Shown here: positions 20,859-31,245 of the stretch, one piece after another
Numbering within the stretch: position 1 is the first letter of the stretch
Layout: each line of letters starts with the position of its first letter
IMG/VR virus record: IMGVR_UViG_3300013212_000088
Coordinates: 197,425-261,424 of that record
Reading direction: 5' to 3' (one strand)
DNA: 64,000 nucleotides
Origin: a virus
Lineage: Duplodnaviria; Caudoviricetes
The notes under the pieces: generated by a model
What the model was told of the DNA's origin: nothing
The model's input: only the letters and a program-made list of their open reading frames with translations
Database searches by the model: none
Program-made: the position numbers and the translations under genes

Positions 20859-22507
20859 AAATCTTCTTCTTCTTTCGGAATCCTTGATATCATGTATTTC
20901 TTAAGTTTACCAGAATTTGATGCATTCCTGGCTCTTTCAGAAGCCCATAATTTCAACGAATCTATCTCTTCTTTCATTGTAACAGCCAAGGGTACAATTT
21001 CATTTAGAGATTCCACTATATCATCTGTATTGAACTCTCTGCTTTCATTAAAAGCTTCATACATAGCGGATACAATAGCAGCTTCAATCTCAGCACCAGT
21101 AAAGTTGTGAGATTCTTCTGCCAATGTTAAAAGATCGAATTTGTTTATGTCTCTTTTTCTTTTATTTAAGTGAATATTAAAAATTACTTCACGTTCTGCG
21201 GAGCTTGGAAGATCAACAAAAAATATTTCATCAAATCTTCCCTTTCTCATTAATTCAGGTGGTAAATTGGATATATCATTTGCTGTTGCGACAATGAAAA
21301 CAGGAGATTGATTTTCCTGCATCCAAGTTAGCCAGGATCCCAAAACTCTAGATGTAGTACCACCATCAGATACAGAACTAGATCTAGAACCTGACATACC
21401 CTTATCAATTTCATCTAACCATAAAATACAAGGGGCAACAGATTCAGCAACTTTAAAAACCTGTCTCATATTATTTTCAGAACTACCAACAATTCCTGAA
21501 AACACTTTGCCCATATCAAGTTTAAGAAGAGGGAAGTTCCAAAAGCTGCTAACACCTCTGGCAAATAAAGATTTACCAGCACCTTGAATACCAACAAGAA
21601 GAATGCCTTTAGGATTAGGAGGTAAACCATAATCAACTGCTTCTTTTGTGAATGCTTTGGTTCTTTTATATAACCAATCTTTTAATTCGTTTAGACCACC
21701 AATGTTTTCAAGGTTTTCATTCACTTCAATCCAATCTAAAAGACCAGATTTTCGAATGATATCTCTCTTTTGGTGAGATATTGCTTCAGGATCTAAAGAC
21801 GTGTGTTTTATCATGCAATAGGTACATACTTGCTCACATTCATTTAAAGTCAAACCTCTGAATGAATTGACAATATGTTCTAATTCATCTTTAGAATATT
21901 TTGTCTTAAACTTCTCTGCTAAATCTTTTCTTTGTGAAGCTTTGTCTAATAAATCTTTAATTTTAGATTCGATATGTTCTTTTTCAGGTAGGGGAATATC
22001 GATAACACTAATATATTTATCTAGCTCATTAGGAAGATCAAAACTCTGAGAAATAATTATAAGAGCTTTGTTTTTAGTAACACATTTTTGAGCTATATTC
22101 TTAATGTTTCTAATCAATCTATACTCTATTTGACCTTGAGTATGCTGATTTCCAAAATACTTAGAAAAATCTTTAAGAACTAATAGTAAAAAATTGTCTT
22201 TTGGTATTTCTAGATTATCAAACCAAGTCAATACCTCTAGTTGATCCATAATGCGGTCATTCTCTTTTACAGGCAAGAATGCGCTATTTGTTGATTGTAA
22301 ACCTGATATTAAATCCCAAGTAATAAGATCCCATTTATGATCAGGTTTAGAACAAATTTGTTTTATGCCATCTTCAATTCTTTGCTCTTCAGGCGTGGTT
22401 AAGTAAAGGATGGGACGTTTTGACCTCAAGAACCAGTCAATTTCACGTAAAGTTTTTCTAAACGTGGATATTTCTAGTTGTTGATTCTTGAGGTCATTTT
22501 CTATCAT
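20855..22507 (-). CDS. Ycf46-like AAA+ ATPase
   Basis: inactive N-terminal AAA (FLRSKRPILYL, LKDF), IGGLNELKDWL, GIQGAGKS, LDEIDK, RKGRFDEIFFVDLP. Confidence 0.88.
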   Translation of the reverse strand: MIENDLKNQQLEISTFRKTLREIDWFLRSKRPILYLTTPEEQRIEDGIKQICSKPDHKWDLITWDLISGLQSTNSAFLPVKENDRIMDQLEVLTWFDNLEIPKDNFLLLVLKDFSKYFGNQHTQGQIEYRLIRNIKNIAQKCVTKNKALIIISQSFDLPNELDKYISVIDIPLPEKEHIESKIKDLLDKASQRKDLAEKFKTKYSKDELEHIVNSFRGLTLNECEQVCTYCMIKHTSLDPEAISHQKRDIIRKSGLLDWIEVNENLENIGGLNELKDWLYKRTKAFTKEAVDYGLPPNPKGILLVGIQGAGKSLFARGVSSFWNFPLLKLDMGKVFSGIVGSSENNMRQVFKVAESVAPCILWLDEIDKGMSGSRSSSVSDGGTTSRVLGSWLTWMQENQSPVFIVATANDISNLPPELMRKGRFDEIFFVDLPSSAEREVIFNIHLNKRKRDINKFDLLTLAEESHNFTGAEIEAAIVSAMYEAFNESREFNTDDIVESLNEIVPLAVTMKEEIDSLKLWASERARNASNSGKLKKYMISRIPKEEEDL

Positions 22508-23392
22508 TTAGTCCCTTTTGATTAATCTTTGATATTCTGATAATGGTTTGCCAGAATAGTCCTTTTCTCTCCACCAATTCTCTTTAGCATACGACTTTGT
22601 AAACTTTTCAAATTTCAATCGCCAATCTAAAAAACTAAACTCTTCTGGATAAGGGGACTTCATTACAGACTTTTGAAGAACCAATCCAATCTTTTCTTTA
22701 GATGAGAGGTCTCCTTGAGCAAGCTTGTTTAAAAAGTTTTCAATACCTTTTTGAACAACTTCAGGGCTAAAACCTCTTATTTGAATAAAGTAAGTTGAAG
22801 CAATTGGAATGCCAAATCTTATGTAGATTTCGCTTGCCTTACCCTCTTCATCTGCAAGTTTAATATCTTCAAGAATTGTAGATTCAAAATATGATCTATC
22901 AATGCTATTTTCCTCTACCTTAGGTATAACTTCCTCTTGATAAAAGTGATTTAGATAGTTTTTGATAGTAGTTGGCAAAAAATAACCGCTTTTCTTAATT
23001 ATTGACTGTGAATTTTCAAAACTCCAATCAATAAAGCGCTTGGTCCATTCTTGCTTTTGAAGTCCGTTAGATGACATAAACTTGCCAATTTCATTAAATA
23101 TGCTATTGTCCGAAGCATAGGTCTTCTTGTAATAACCATTGTTCTGTTTATAGTAACAATCAGCAAAATAGTCAACAAAAGATTTAACTGTCCAAAGAGT
23201 TACATCGTTAGACAGAGTATTATCTTTTTTATCTTCAGGGTTAAGGACAATTTTCTTCTTTCTCTTATTTGAGTTGAAAGGATTGGAAAGCTCTGATTGC
23301 AAGGGAACAGGAGTTGACATAATCCTATTTACAATTGCATAAGCTTGATCTTCTTCTATTTTACGCCTCATCTTCGTCCTCGCTAATATCAT
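22508..23392 (-). CDS. hypothetical protein
   Basis: 294 aa ORF; SD suggests the start is at 23371. Confidence 0.6.
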   Translation of the reverse strand: MILARTKMRRKIEEDQAYAIVNRIMSTPVPLQSELSNPFNSNKRKKKIVLNPEDKKDNTLSNDVTLWTVKSFVDYFADCYYKQNNGYYKKTYASDNSIFNEIGKFMSSNGLQKQEWTKRFIDWSFENSQSIIKKSGYFLPTTIKNYLNHFYQEEVIPKVEENSIDRSYFESTILEDIKLADEEGKASEIYIRFGIPIASTYFIQIRGFSPEVVQKGIENFLNKLAQGDLSSKEKIGLVLQKSVMKSPYPEEFSFLDWRLKFEKFTKSYAKENWWREKDYSGKPLSEYQRLIKRD

Positions 23393-24068
23393 AAGTAGCA
23401 GTATAATTTTCTATAATTTCTTGATAGGTAACTTCATTTGCACGAGCTACTCCATCAATTTTGTCTAGCTTTATGATCTTATCAGCATATTTACCAAAGA
23501 TGTCAGCTTTGTGAGTAATAAAAATAGATTGTCTCTTAGTTACTTTCAAATATTCAACTAAAGATTGATTTAGTAAGTCAATCTTGAAGTCAGATGAAAC
23601 CATGGAAAATTGTTCATCCATTACTAAAGGTTGTGGGGCATCTTCAAGTTCTAAAGCAGCTAGTCTAATACCAAAGCCTGCTACTTGTTGTAATCCTCCA
23701 CCAGTGCCTTTTTTCAAAGAAGATGCAAACTCTTCTCCTTCATATGGGCTAATTATAAGAGGGGTAAGTTTATCAAAAGTCGCTCCCTCTTCAGCAAAAA
23801 CAAACTTATGATCAACTCCATAAATCTGCTGAATGAATTTGTTAGTTATATTCTCAATAGATGTGACAATGTTAACTCTTCTTTCAGATGAGATTTTTTT
23901 GAGTAAATCCATAGAGCTTGAGTTCATTTTACTCATATCAGAAATTTTTTTGAGCTTGTCTTTATAGTCCTCAATACTTTTCTGAATAGTGTTTCTAACT
24001 CCACGTTTCTCTAGTAATTCATTTTTGCGTAAAACATTCTCACGCTTATTTGAAATGTAATCACTCAT
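23361..24068 (-). CDS. sbcC: SbcC/Rad50 C-terminal ABC-ATPase half
   Basis: signature-like GTGGGLQQ, Walker B LVMDE, H-switch FITH. Confidence 0.85.
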   Translation of the reverse strand: MSDYISNKRENVLRKNELLEKRGVRNTIQKSIEDYKDKLKKISDMSKMNSSSMDLLKKISSERRVNIVTSIENITNKFIQQIYGVDHKFVFAEEGATFDKLTPLIISPYEGEEFASSLKKGTGGGLQQVAGFGIRLAALELEDAPQPLVMDEQFSMVSSDFKIDLLNQSLVEYLKVTKRQSIFITHKADIFGKYADKIIKLDKIDGVARANEVTYQEIIENYTATYDISEDEDEA

Positions 24069-24336
24069 CTTTATTATCTAACTTTTCCAAATTGTTTTTA
24101 ATAATTTCAGCATTCTCATTAAATTCAGTTCTCAAATCTTCGATTTTACTTAGAAGATTTGTTGGATCTAAATTGTATTCAGTTTTAAGCTTGTCAGACA
24201 ATTTTGTGATCTCTTCTCTAATCTTGATTATTTCCTGATTTCTAGTTTCAATAGAACCTTCAGTCTTTGACTTTCGTTTCTGTAAATTATCAATAAACTT
24301 TAAGTTTTCATTATATTGTTCATGAATAGTCATCAT
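24061..24336 (-). CDS. coiled-coil protein, possibly an SbcC arm fragment
   Basis: 91 aa heptad-rich ORF between sbcD and the SbcC C-half. Confidence 0.6.
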   Translation of the reverse strand: MMTIHEQYNENLKFIDNLQKRKSKTEGSIETRNQEIIKIREEITKLSDKLKTEYNLDPTNLLSKIEDLRTEFNENAEIIKNNLEKLDNKDE

Positions 24337-25331
24337 ACTTTCTCCGCATTTAATTTATTTAAAGCCCTACATGCATTTTCAACAATGTCGATATCAAGGT
24401 TCATTTCTATGCCTGTACTTTTAACTTGATCAATAGGGTCTTGTAAGTATGCCATTTTGTCAAAGTTAAATTCAACTAATGATTTGGTAAAAGCTTTAAT
24501 TTCTTCTTTAATTGCCTTAATTTCTTCTCGTTTTTCCAAATCAAAAATAAGCTCATATGGTTGTGCTGTGTAAACATCTTGATATTTCACATCCAAATAA
24601 GTTCCATCCAAATCATAATCTACAATAGCTACCTTAACTTTTTTATTAGCATCATCACTTTTGAAGTTTCTTCTGCTTAAGCTTCCTGGATTAATAAATC
24701 TTGTATTGTCATCTCTCATAGAATCCATTTCAAAATGAAAATGTCCAGATGCTATCAATCTTGTTTTTGGGTTGACAGCAAAGCTATCAACAAGTATAGC
24801 ATCGACAACGAAAGGAGTAGGCTCATTAGCAATGTAAGCATGGGCACAAACAATAGGATAATCATAGTCTTTGAAAATACCGTCTAAAATAGTTTTCTCA
24901 ATTCTACCATTCCAGTGTTCAAAAACTAATCCTAATTCAGGCACTTCTTTAACATATTCAACACACCCAGAAACAATCAATGTCCAAAATGAAGTTTTGT
25001 CTAAATTGGACATTGTATTGTCTATATCGTGATTTCCTAGAAGGGTGTATTTTTTGAAAGGCCAAGGCTCTCCATAATCATTTGCATTTAAAGTTTGAAT
25101 AAGCTTTGATGTAACTTCTGCGTTAACTTGTATTCTGTCAAACATGTCGCCAAGAAAAACAATTGCATCGCATTTGTTCTCTTCTGCAATCATCAATGTG
25201 CATTTTAAATCTGCCAATGATGCTTCCATATAATTATCAAGCCTGCTTCCAGGTTGCTTATTATCTATATGTGGGTCGCCTACTATGCAAATCTTTTTAT
25301 GCATTATTCTTCCTCTGTCCACATGTATCAC
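24333..25331 (-). CDS. sbcD: SbcD/Mre11 metallophosphoesterase nuclease
   Basis: GDPH, LGDMFD, LGNHD, AH, SGHFH, NPGS. Confidence 0.92.
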   Translation of the reverse strand: MIHVDRGRIMHKKICIVGDPHIDNKQPGSRLDNYMEASLADLKCTLMIAEENKCDAIVFLGDMFDRIQVNAEVTSKLIQTLNANDYGEPWPFKKYTLLGNHDIDNTMSNLDKTSFWTLIVSGCVEYVKEVPELGLVFEHWNGRIEKTILDGIFKDYDYPIVCAHAYIANEPTPFVVDAILVDSFAVNPKTRLIASGHFHFEMDSMRDDNTRFINPGSLSRRNFKSDDANKKVKVAIVDYDLDGTYLDVKYQDVYTAQPYELIFDLEKREEIKAIKEEIKAFTKSLVEFNFDKMAYLQDPIDQVKSTGIEMNLDIDIVENACRALNKLNAEKV

Positions 25332-26490
25332 AGAACTCTAATTTTTTTGATAATTCTTCGTTTTCACTTTCGTATTGCTGAATCTCAATTTCTATACTGT
25401 CAATTAGAGCTTCATCAGATTCTTGAAGTTGGGTTAAAGAATCAACACCTTCATTCTTATCAATCAAATCTGTGTTTAAATTATCAAGAGCCTTTATAAA
25501 TAGAAAAGTTTTTCTTAGTCCATCCCATATACTTAAAAAGTCTGTTGAGATTAAGTACCCATCTTTGTCATTTTCAAGCTCTAATACATTTATTTTTTCA
25601 TTGTTAGATTCAATTTGTTTATGTATTTTTAGTAAATCATCAATTGAAGATGTGATTGTGATATAGTCATCTAAGTTATCAAGTTCATTTAAAAACTTTT
25701 GGTCATTATCATTCTCTGTCTTAAGATCTTTGATTCTTTTCTTTAGTGCAATTGCATCTTCTCTGATTTTTGATAAATTGGTGATTGTGTTTTCTATATC
25801 ATCGTTAATTTCAATAAGTTTGTCATTGTCTTCAACAATTTTAATTTGATCATCTAAACCAGAATACTTTTCTAATTCTGTTTCAAGCTTTCCAATTTCA
25901 GTTTCATTAGATTTGATAGTTGATGAATATGAGCTATTTTCTGACTTTAAGATTTTGACAGCATTGTCATAGTCAGCAGATTTAATAAGACGAGCAAAAA
26001 CTTCTGGGATTTTTGTACTTGTTAGCGATATCAAAAATGGTGCTTGGGATTGATCAACAAACGCCAAAGAACCCAATTCTTCATCATAAGAAGGGTCGCC
26101 TAAAAAGTCAGTAACAAATTGGTCGTATGTTTTATCAGCTTTTAACTTTTCATATATCAATTCATCTTTATCATTGTAAATATGAATTGAGTTTTTATCA
26201 CCTTTATGACCGCTTTTTATTCTGACTAATTTTGTTCCATCATAAAAATGAACAGTAATTTTACAGAAAGATGCTTTATGAGAAACATAGGAAGGATCAA
26301 AACTTCCATGCCCCTTTTTACCAAAGTTAAAGATGAAGTCAATTGCTCGCCAGATTGCAGTTTTTCCAGCATTATTAGTGCCAGTAATTACATTGAAACC
26401 TTCTGAAAGATTTAGTTTTAAATATTTATGAGATTGAAAGTTCTCTAACTCTAATGTTTTAATAAACTTGGTAGGTCTTTTAAGCTTCAT
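25297..26490 (-). CDS. sbcC: SbcC/Rad50 N-terminal half ending in a zinc hook
   Basis: LENFQSH, Walker A GTNNAGKT, Q-loop FVDQ, coiled coil, terminal CDTC. Confidence 0.87.
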   Translation of the reverse strand: MKLKRPTKFIKTLELENFQSHKYLKLNLSEGFNVITGTNNAGKTAIWRAIDFIFNFGKKGHGSFDPSYVSHKASFCKITVHFYDGTKLVRIKSGHKGDKNSIHIYNDKDELIYEKLKADKTYDQFVTDFLGDPSYDEELGSLAFVDQSQAPFLISLTSTKIPEVFARLIKSADYDNAVKILKSENSSYSSTIKSNETEIGKLETELEKYSGLDDQIKIVEDNDKLIEINDDIENTITNLSKIREDAIALKKRIKDLKTENDNDQKFLNELDNLDDYITITSSIDDLLKIHKQIESNNEKINVLELENDKDGYLISTDFLSIWDGLRKTFLFIKALDNLNTDLIDKNEGVDSLTQLQESDEALIDSIEIEIQQYESENEELSKKLEFCDTCGQRKNNA

Positions 26491-27002
26491 ACAGGATCAC
26501 CTAACATTATTGTATCGATTACAGATCCAAAATGCAAGCTCAGGAAGTCTATTTTAGAATTGTTTTTCTGATGTTCAAAATTGTCTTTGTTTAAAAAATC
26601 AACTTTATATATTTCACAATCATTTAAAATTATTAAGTTTGATTTCATTTGGCAGCATGATTGTTTTAAATCTTGTCCTTGATAAAAATGCTTACAAGAT
26701 GCACAAGAAAAGTCTTTGGATTTAAAATAAAATTGACAAAGCATATCTTCATGAAAATCATCTGTAATTTTTCTAAATCTTAAGTATATGTGACTATTTA
26801 AATCTTGAACCAAAGAACAAACCCTTGGGTGATGAATGCCATTGACACTTATTGATAATTGTTGACTAATCTTAACAGTATCTATATTTGAATAAGAAAA
26901 TCCAAATGTACTTTTTTGATATGCTTTACCAATATTGCAATAAACCATATCATCTATTATTTTTGTTTTTTCAAATTCTGGATACATAAGGACTTTGTTC
27001 AA
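26487..27002 (-). CDS. hypothetical Cys-containing protein
   Basis: 171 aa ORF with CASC. Confidence 0.55.
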   Translation of the reverse strand: MNKVLMYPEFEKTKIIDDMVYCNIGKAYQKSTFGFSYSNIDTVKISQQLSISVNGIHHPRVCSLVQDLNSHIYLRFRKITDDFHEDMLCQFYFKSKDFSCASCKHFYQGQDLKQSCCQMKSNLIILNDCEIYKVDFLNKDNFEHQKNNSKIDFLSLHFGSVIDTIMLGDPV

Positions 27003-27022
27003 CTCTCGTATAAATTATAAGT

Positions 27023-27226
27023 ATGATCATCAAAATTGACAAGGATATGTTGTTAGTCGAATTATATGAGCTAAGGTCTTTAGTTACTGACACATCTGTT
27101 CAAACTGAAGAAACTATTCAAGCTAGAAAAAAGCTAGATGAAATTGTCAATTTAATATCACTAGCACCAAGCGCAGAAAACAATCAATCATTCCCAAAAA
27201 TCAGTATACGTGGCTCAAAAAGATGA
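27023..27226 (+). CDS. hypothetical protein
   Basis: 67 aa; first gene after the strand switch. Confidence 0.55.
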   Translation: MIIKIDKDMLLVELYELRSLVTDTSVQTEETIQARKKLDEIVNLISLAPSAENNQSFPKISIRGSKR

Positions 27227-27702
27227 AAGAAATTATATATAAAATTAAAGAACTAGAAAAGCTAGGATATTTTAAGTTAGCTGATAAATTAGATTCTGAA
27301 TTAATTAAAATTGCTCAAATACTGCCAAAATCTCTAATGAGCCCTAATTTATTACCTACAATTGTAAATAATAATGCTCCATTAAACACATTTGAAACAG
27401 CTCAAATTAGAAATATGTTAAAGCAAAAGAAATCAGATTCTGCAGATGATACTAATGTTCTTTCACCAGGAAACCAAAATAATCAAAATCAAAGTACTGT
27501 AGAAAAAAGATTGAATGATCTTCTTGGTAAATATTTAGCACTTGACAAAAAATCTAAAAATACTATGGATAAAATTCCATCAATTATTTATGCTAATGAA
27601 GATCAAAGTACTGATATTGATACAAATACTCAAGATATTATGAATTTAAAAACGAAGATTGGAAATGCAGAAAACGTAGAGGAAGAAGAGCCAACATTAT
27701 GA
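27223..27702 (+). CDS. hypothetical protein with shared N-terminal leader
   Basis: ELEKLGYFKLADKLDSELIKIAQ leader. Confidence 0.65.
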   Translation: MKEIIYKIKELEKLGYFKLADKLDSELIKIAQILPKSLMSPNLLPTIVNNNAPLNTFETAQIRNMLKQKKSDSADDTNVLSPGNQNNQNQSTVEKRLNDLLGKYLALDKKSKNTMDKIPSIIYANEDQSTDIDTNTQDIMNLKTKIGNAENVEEEEPTL

Positions 27703-27941
27703 CACAATCAAGATTAGATTCCTTATTAGAAAATGCAAAAAATAATGAAACTACTCTTTCTGAAGTAACTGAAATAGTGGGTTCAGTTTTACTATCAAAT
27801 TCAAAACATTCAAAAGATATAAAAGAACTACTTACAAGAATTATTACCAAGTTAGAAAGTATAGAACAAAGAGTTAATTTTTTATATGAAAACAACTCGC
27901 CCGTGTTTGCTGCGGTTTTAGAAGATGAAAAGGAGGACTAA
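27699..27941 (+). CDS. hypothetical protein
   Basis: 80 aa, ATGA overlap with upstream gene. Confidence 0.6.
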   Translation: MTQSRLDSLLENAKNNETTLSEVTEIVGSVLLSNSKHSKDIKELLTRIITKLESIEQRVNFLYENNSPVFAAVLEDEKED

Positions 27942-27957
27942 AAAGTCCTCCTTTTTT
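27928..27957. terminator. bidirectional terminator
   Basis: AAAAGGAGGACT-AAAA-AGTCCTCCTTTT between convergent genes. Confidence 0.8.
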
Positions 27958-28747
27958 ATTGTGCAGTATCAGCTAAACTTAATTTTACTTTGAATGGCTG
28001 GTCTGTCTCGTAACTAGCAAATAAATTAGTTGATATTTGGTACACATTACTACTTCCGGTGTATGGACATTTAATTACATACTCACCTTGTTCGTCAATA
28101 AATACCTCGCCTGTTTGATATTCTTTTTTAATTTTCTTTACAGGTTCACCGTCTTCATTGTAAAGAGTAGAACTTGTAGAATCGTAATCAGAATCAATCA
28201 AGCCTAAAGCACGTTTGCCTTCGTCAGTAAAAGCTTCATCGTCTTCATCAAGATATTCAGCTAAGTCTTCCAGAAGATCAATATCATCATAAGCAATTCC
28301 ATCTAAATCATCTGCTTCTGTTAAATTAAAAACTTCTTCACTATTAGACAAGATCTCTTTATATGAGGAATCATCTACTATTTCTTTTTCAGTTTTTACT
28401 TTTGTTGATTCGTTAAATGAAACATGTTTAGGATAATATTCAAATACTTGTTCTATCATTTGGCGATAAGACATTTTTTCTTCTGCATTAGCATTTAAAT
28501 TAGCAACATGATAAACAGCTGAAGAAAGCTTCTTGTATGATGGAGTCCAATCATATGAAAGCATACAAGTTTCATCATCAAAATTAAATGTTGTTGAATG
28601 AGACTTTTCTTGCATCACACCAACATTAATTCCAAACAAAGCCCCAAGCTTCAAAATATCTTCGGCCAAATCAGAATTAGATGCGGCTAATTTGTTAAGT
28701 TCAATGAAATAAAGTTCTTGTCCACGTTCAAGATTGTAATTAGACAT
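27956..28747 (-). CDS. hypothetical acidic protein
   Basis: 263 aa with GGAG SD. Confidence 0.65.
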   Translation of the reverse strand: MSNYNLERGQELYFIELNKLAASNSDLAEDILKLGALFGINVGVMQEKSHSTTFNFDDETCMLSYDWTPSYKKLSSAVYHVANLNANAEEKMSYRQMIEQVFEYYPKHVSFNESTKVKTEKEIVDDSSYKEILSNSEEVFNLTEADDLDGIAYDDIDLLEDLAEYLDEDDEAFTDEGKRALGLIDSDYDSTSSTLYNEDGEPVKKIKKEYQTGEVFIDEQGEYVIKCPYTGSSNVYQISTNLFASYETDQPFKVKLSLADTAQ

Positions 28748-28873
28748 TTATATACTCCTTATATTGTATATTAATTTATTTTACATTCAGAATCTTAAAT
28801 AAGCAACTAAAGGATGCAGTGTTAAAATGAAAGAAATTATCATTAACTGTAAAACTTAATTGAGGTAAGTTGT

Positions 28874-31243
28874 ATGAAAAATAATTTCCGCTTTGCTCAA
28901 CCATTAGATAAACCTCTTAAGCCAGAACAAATACCTGGTGAGACAATTGAAGAAAAAATTAAATGGTTGGAAAAAAATGTAACTAAAGAATTAAAAGATC
29001 TAACTGTCCCACAATTATATAGAATAATTGGGGGAGATGTTTCAAAAGAATCAGAAGAAACAAAAAAAAGATTACTTCCATATGCAAAAACAATTCCAGC
29101 ATTAAAAGAAATGATGGTGAAATTGCAACAAGCTGAAGGCTCTAATATTGCACCAGAAGAGGCTGTAAATAGAATTATAGCCAGACTTCTAAAAAGAAAA
29201 AAATTAGTAGTTGTTGAAAAGTTAATTCCTTTATATACCAAGAAGACAAGAGCAATCCCTGATATTTCAGCATTACTTAGCATAAAAACAAAACAAGAAA
29301 TAGTTGCAGCAAAACATTTTATTGCAGAAGAAATAGCTGTTAAAAGGGCTGAAGTTAAAACTGGTTTCAATGAAGATGTCGAAAGATTATTAAAAGAATT
29401 ACCAGGACTAGAATATGAAGATATTTTAGCAGGACTTTTATCAGTACCAAATGTAAGTAAACTTGATTCTGTTATTAAAGCATATTCGCCCATAGGTGTT
29501 TCAGATAGTAGAGGATCTTTAGTTGAAAGATTGTCTCCACCTAGTTTAATCAAACTCGCTGATGAAATTAAAAACATGAAACAATCAGTGGCTTCTTTGG
29601 GACAGGCAAAAGTAAGACCTTGGAATGCAATATTAGCAAAAAATCCAAATCAAGAAGGCGTGGAACAATATGCACATTTAATTGACCAGCCTATCGTTTG
29701 GAATTTGAAAAGTATGCTAGAGCAATCAGGAGTAGACTTTTCTACCGCAGTTGACAGAAAGACATTTTTTAATCCTAATACTAAGCCAGATGGTTCTGCT
29801 ATGACAGATAAAGAAGCATACGACTATAGAGTTGGACAATTGAGAAAAGTTGTCATTGATGGTTATGACAATGAACATATCTTACCAATTGTTGAAAGAT
29901 TATTTGAAATGGACGAAGATGGTAATAGAGTTAAAATTGAACCTGAATTAAACGACCCTGCTTCAAAGTTAATTAAATTTTACTTTTTAAACATTTCTCA
30001 AAGAAGACCAAATAGTTTTACAGCTGATTTAGATGCATCTGGATTAGGTTATGTATCTGACATAATCAATCAATCATTCTTAGCACAATTAGATGAAAGA
30101 TATAAAGAGTTTAATTTTAAAATCTTATCAAATCAAGAAGGATCCATGCTTGAAACATTGAGAAGAGATTTTAAATTAGATGCAATTCCAATGCCAATCT
30201 CAATGAAAACACCATTAGGATGTCCAACAAATAAATCTTTCATTGTTGACTTTACAATTCCATGCGATATTTTAGAAAGCTTTGATGGGCAAGGAAGACC
30301 AGTAATTAAAAAGAAAGTTGTTTTGGTTGGTGAATATTTTGGATGGACTGGTGGAGAAGAATCAGTAATTGGTTTTGATCCAGATATAGAATGGAATCTT
30401 CCAGACGGCTCTCCAGCAACTCACTCAACTTCTGAATCTGATGAAACTCCTATTGTCCCTGGCAGCATTGTATCGGGGAAACAAATGTATAGTTTAAGAT
30501 CTGAATGGAAAGTTTTTACTCAAAATATCATTGGACATATGCTTAATACAGCAGCATTACACTTTACTCCAGAAGATTTAAATAACACTGATTCTGTTGC
30601 AGAGAAATTAAATACTAAATCAATTATTTATCATTATGACAAACAAGAAAATGCATGCAAGGCTCTAGGTTTAATTAAAAACTTTGTATCTACATGTAAA
30701 GATCCTAATGATTGTCCTGGTGCAGAGTATGTAAATACAAAGCAACTATTTGAAGAGAGATATTCTTCAGCTAAATCAATGCAAGTTAATGTAATTGATG
30801 CGTATATTACATTTATCAAATTATCTGAAGGATTAAAAACAACCGTGTCTCAGTATGGCGGTTCAGGAACATTTAATAGACAAACTGGATTTGATCACTT
30901 GGAATATATGAGAGAATTAGAAGAAGAAAAGAAAAGTCTCTTAGCTAATCCTTCACCAGACTCTTATAGAAGATTACAAGAATTAAATGAAGAAATCACT
31001 ACAATGCGCAACTCTCCTTTATCTGATTTCAAAAGAGCTTTAGATCAAACATTAGGAAGCGAAAAGTTCTCTAGAAGAATTAATGCATTAGAATTAGTTA
31101 AGGATAATATTCAAACTGACAAAATGCAATTATCAATGATGGATCTTAAATTGATTATTAATGAAGTTGTGAAGGGTGTAATTAGACCTGAACTTGTCAG
31201 ATCTGCATTTAATGTAAGAAGATATAAAAGAATCGGTTTTTAA
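28874..31243 (+). CDS. large hypothetical protein, putative virion protein
   Basis: 789 aa; begins MKNNFRFAQ; GAGG SD. Confidence 0.7.
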   Translation: MKNNFRFAQPLDKPLKPEQIPGETIEEKIKWLEKNVTKELKDLTVPQLYRIIGGDVSKESEETKKRLLPYAKTIPALKEMMVKLQQAEGSNIAPEEAVNRIIARLLKRKKLVVVEKLIPLYTKKTRAIPDISALLSIKTKQEIVAAKHFIAEEIAVKRAEVKTGFNEDVERLLKELPGLEYEDILAGLLSVPNVSKLDSVIKAYSPIGVSDSRGSLVERLSPPSLIKLADEIKNMKQSVASLGQAKVRPWNAILAKNPNQEGVEQYAHLIDQPIVWNLKSMLEQSGVDFSTAVDRKTFFNPNTKPDGSAMTDKEAYDYRVGQLRKVVIDGYDNEHILPIVERLFEMDEDGNRVKIEPELNDPASKLIKFYFLNISQRRPNSFTADLDASGLGYVSDIINQSFLAQLDERYKEFNFKILSNQEGSMLETLRRDFKLDAIPMPISMKTPLGCPTNKSFIVDFTIPCDILESFDGQGRPVIKKKVVLVGEYFGWTGGEESVIGFDPDIEWNLPDGSPATHSTSESDETPIVPGSIVSGKQMYSLRSEWKVFTQNIIGHMLNTAALHFTPEDLNNTDSVAEKLNTKSIIYHYDKQENACKALGLIKNFVSTCKDPNDCPGAEYVNTKQLFEERYSSAKSMQVNVIDAYITFIKLSEGLKTTVSQYGGSGTFNRQTGFDHLEYMRELEEEKKSLLANPSPDSYRRLQELNEEITTMRNSPLSDFKRALDQTLGSEKFSRRINALELVKDNIQTDKMQLSMMDLKLIINEVVKGVIRPELVRSAFNVRRYKRIGF

Positions 31244-31245
31244 TA

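Noticed and set aside
28897-29577. 226-aa antisense ORF
   Set aside because: Fully inside the 789-aa plus-strand gene, with Ser/Phe/Leu-rich shadow composition.
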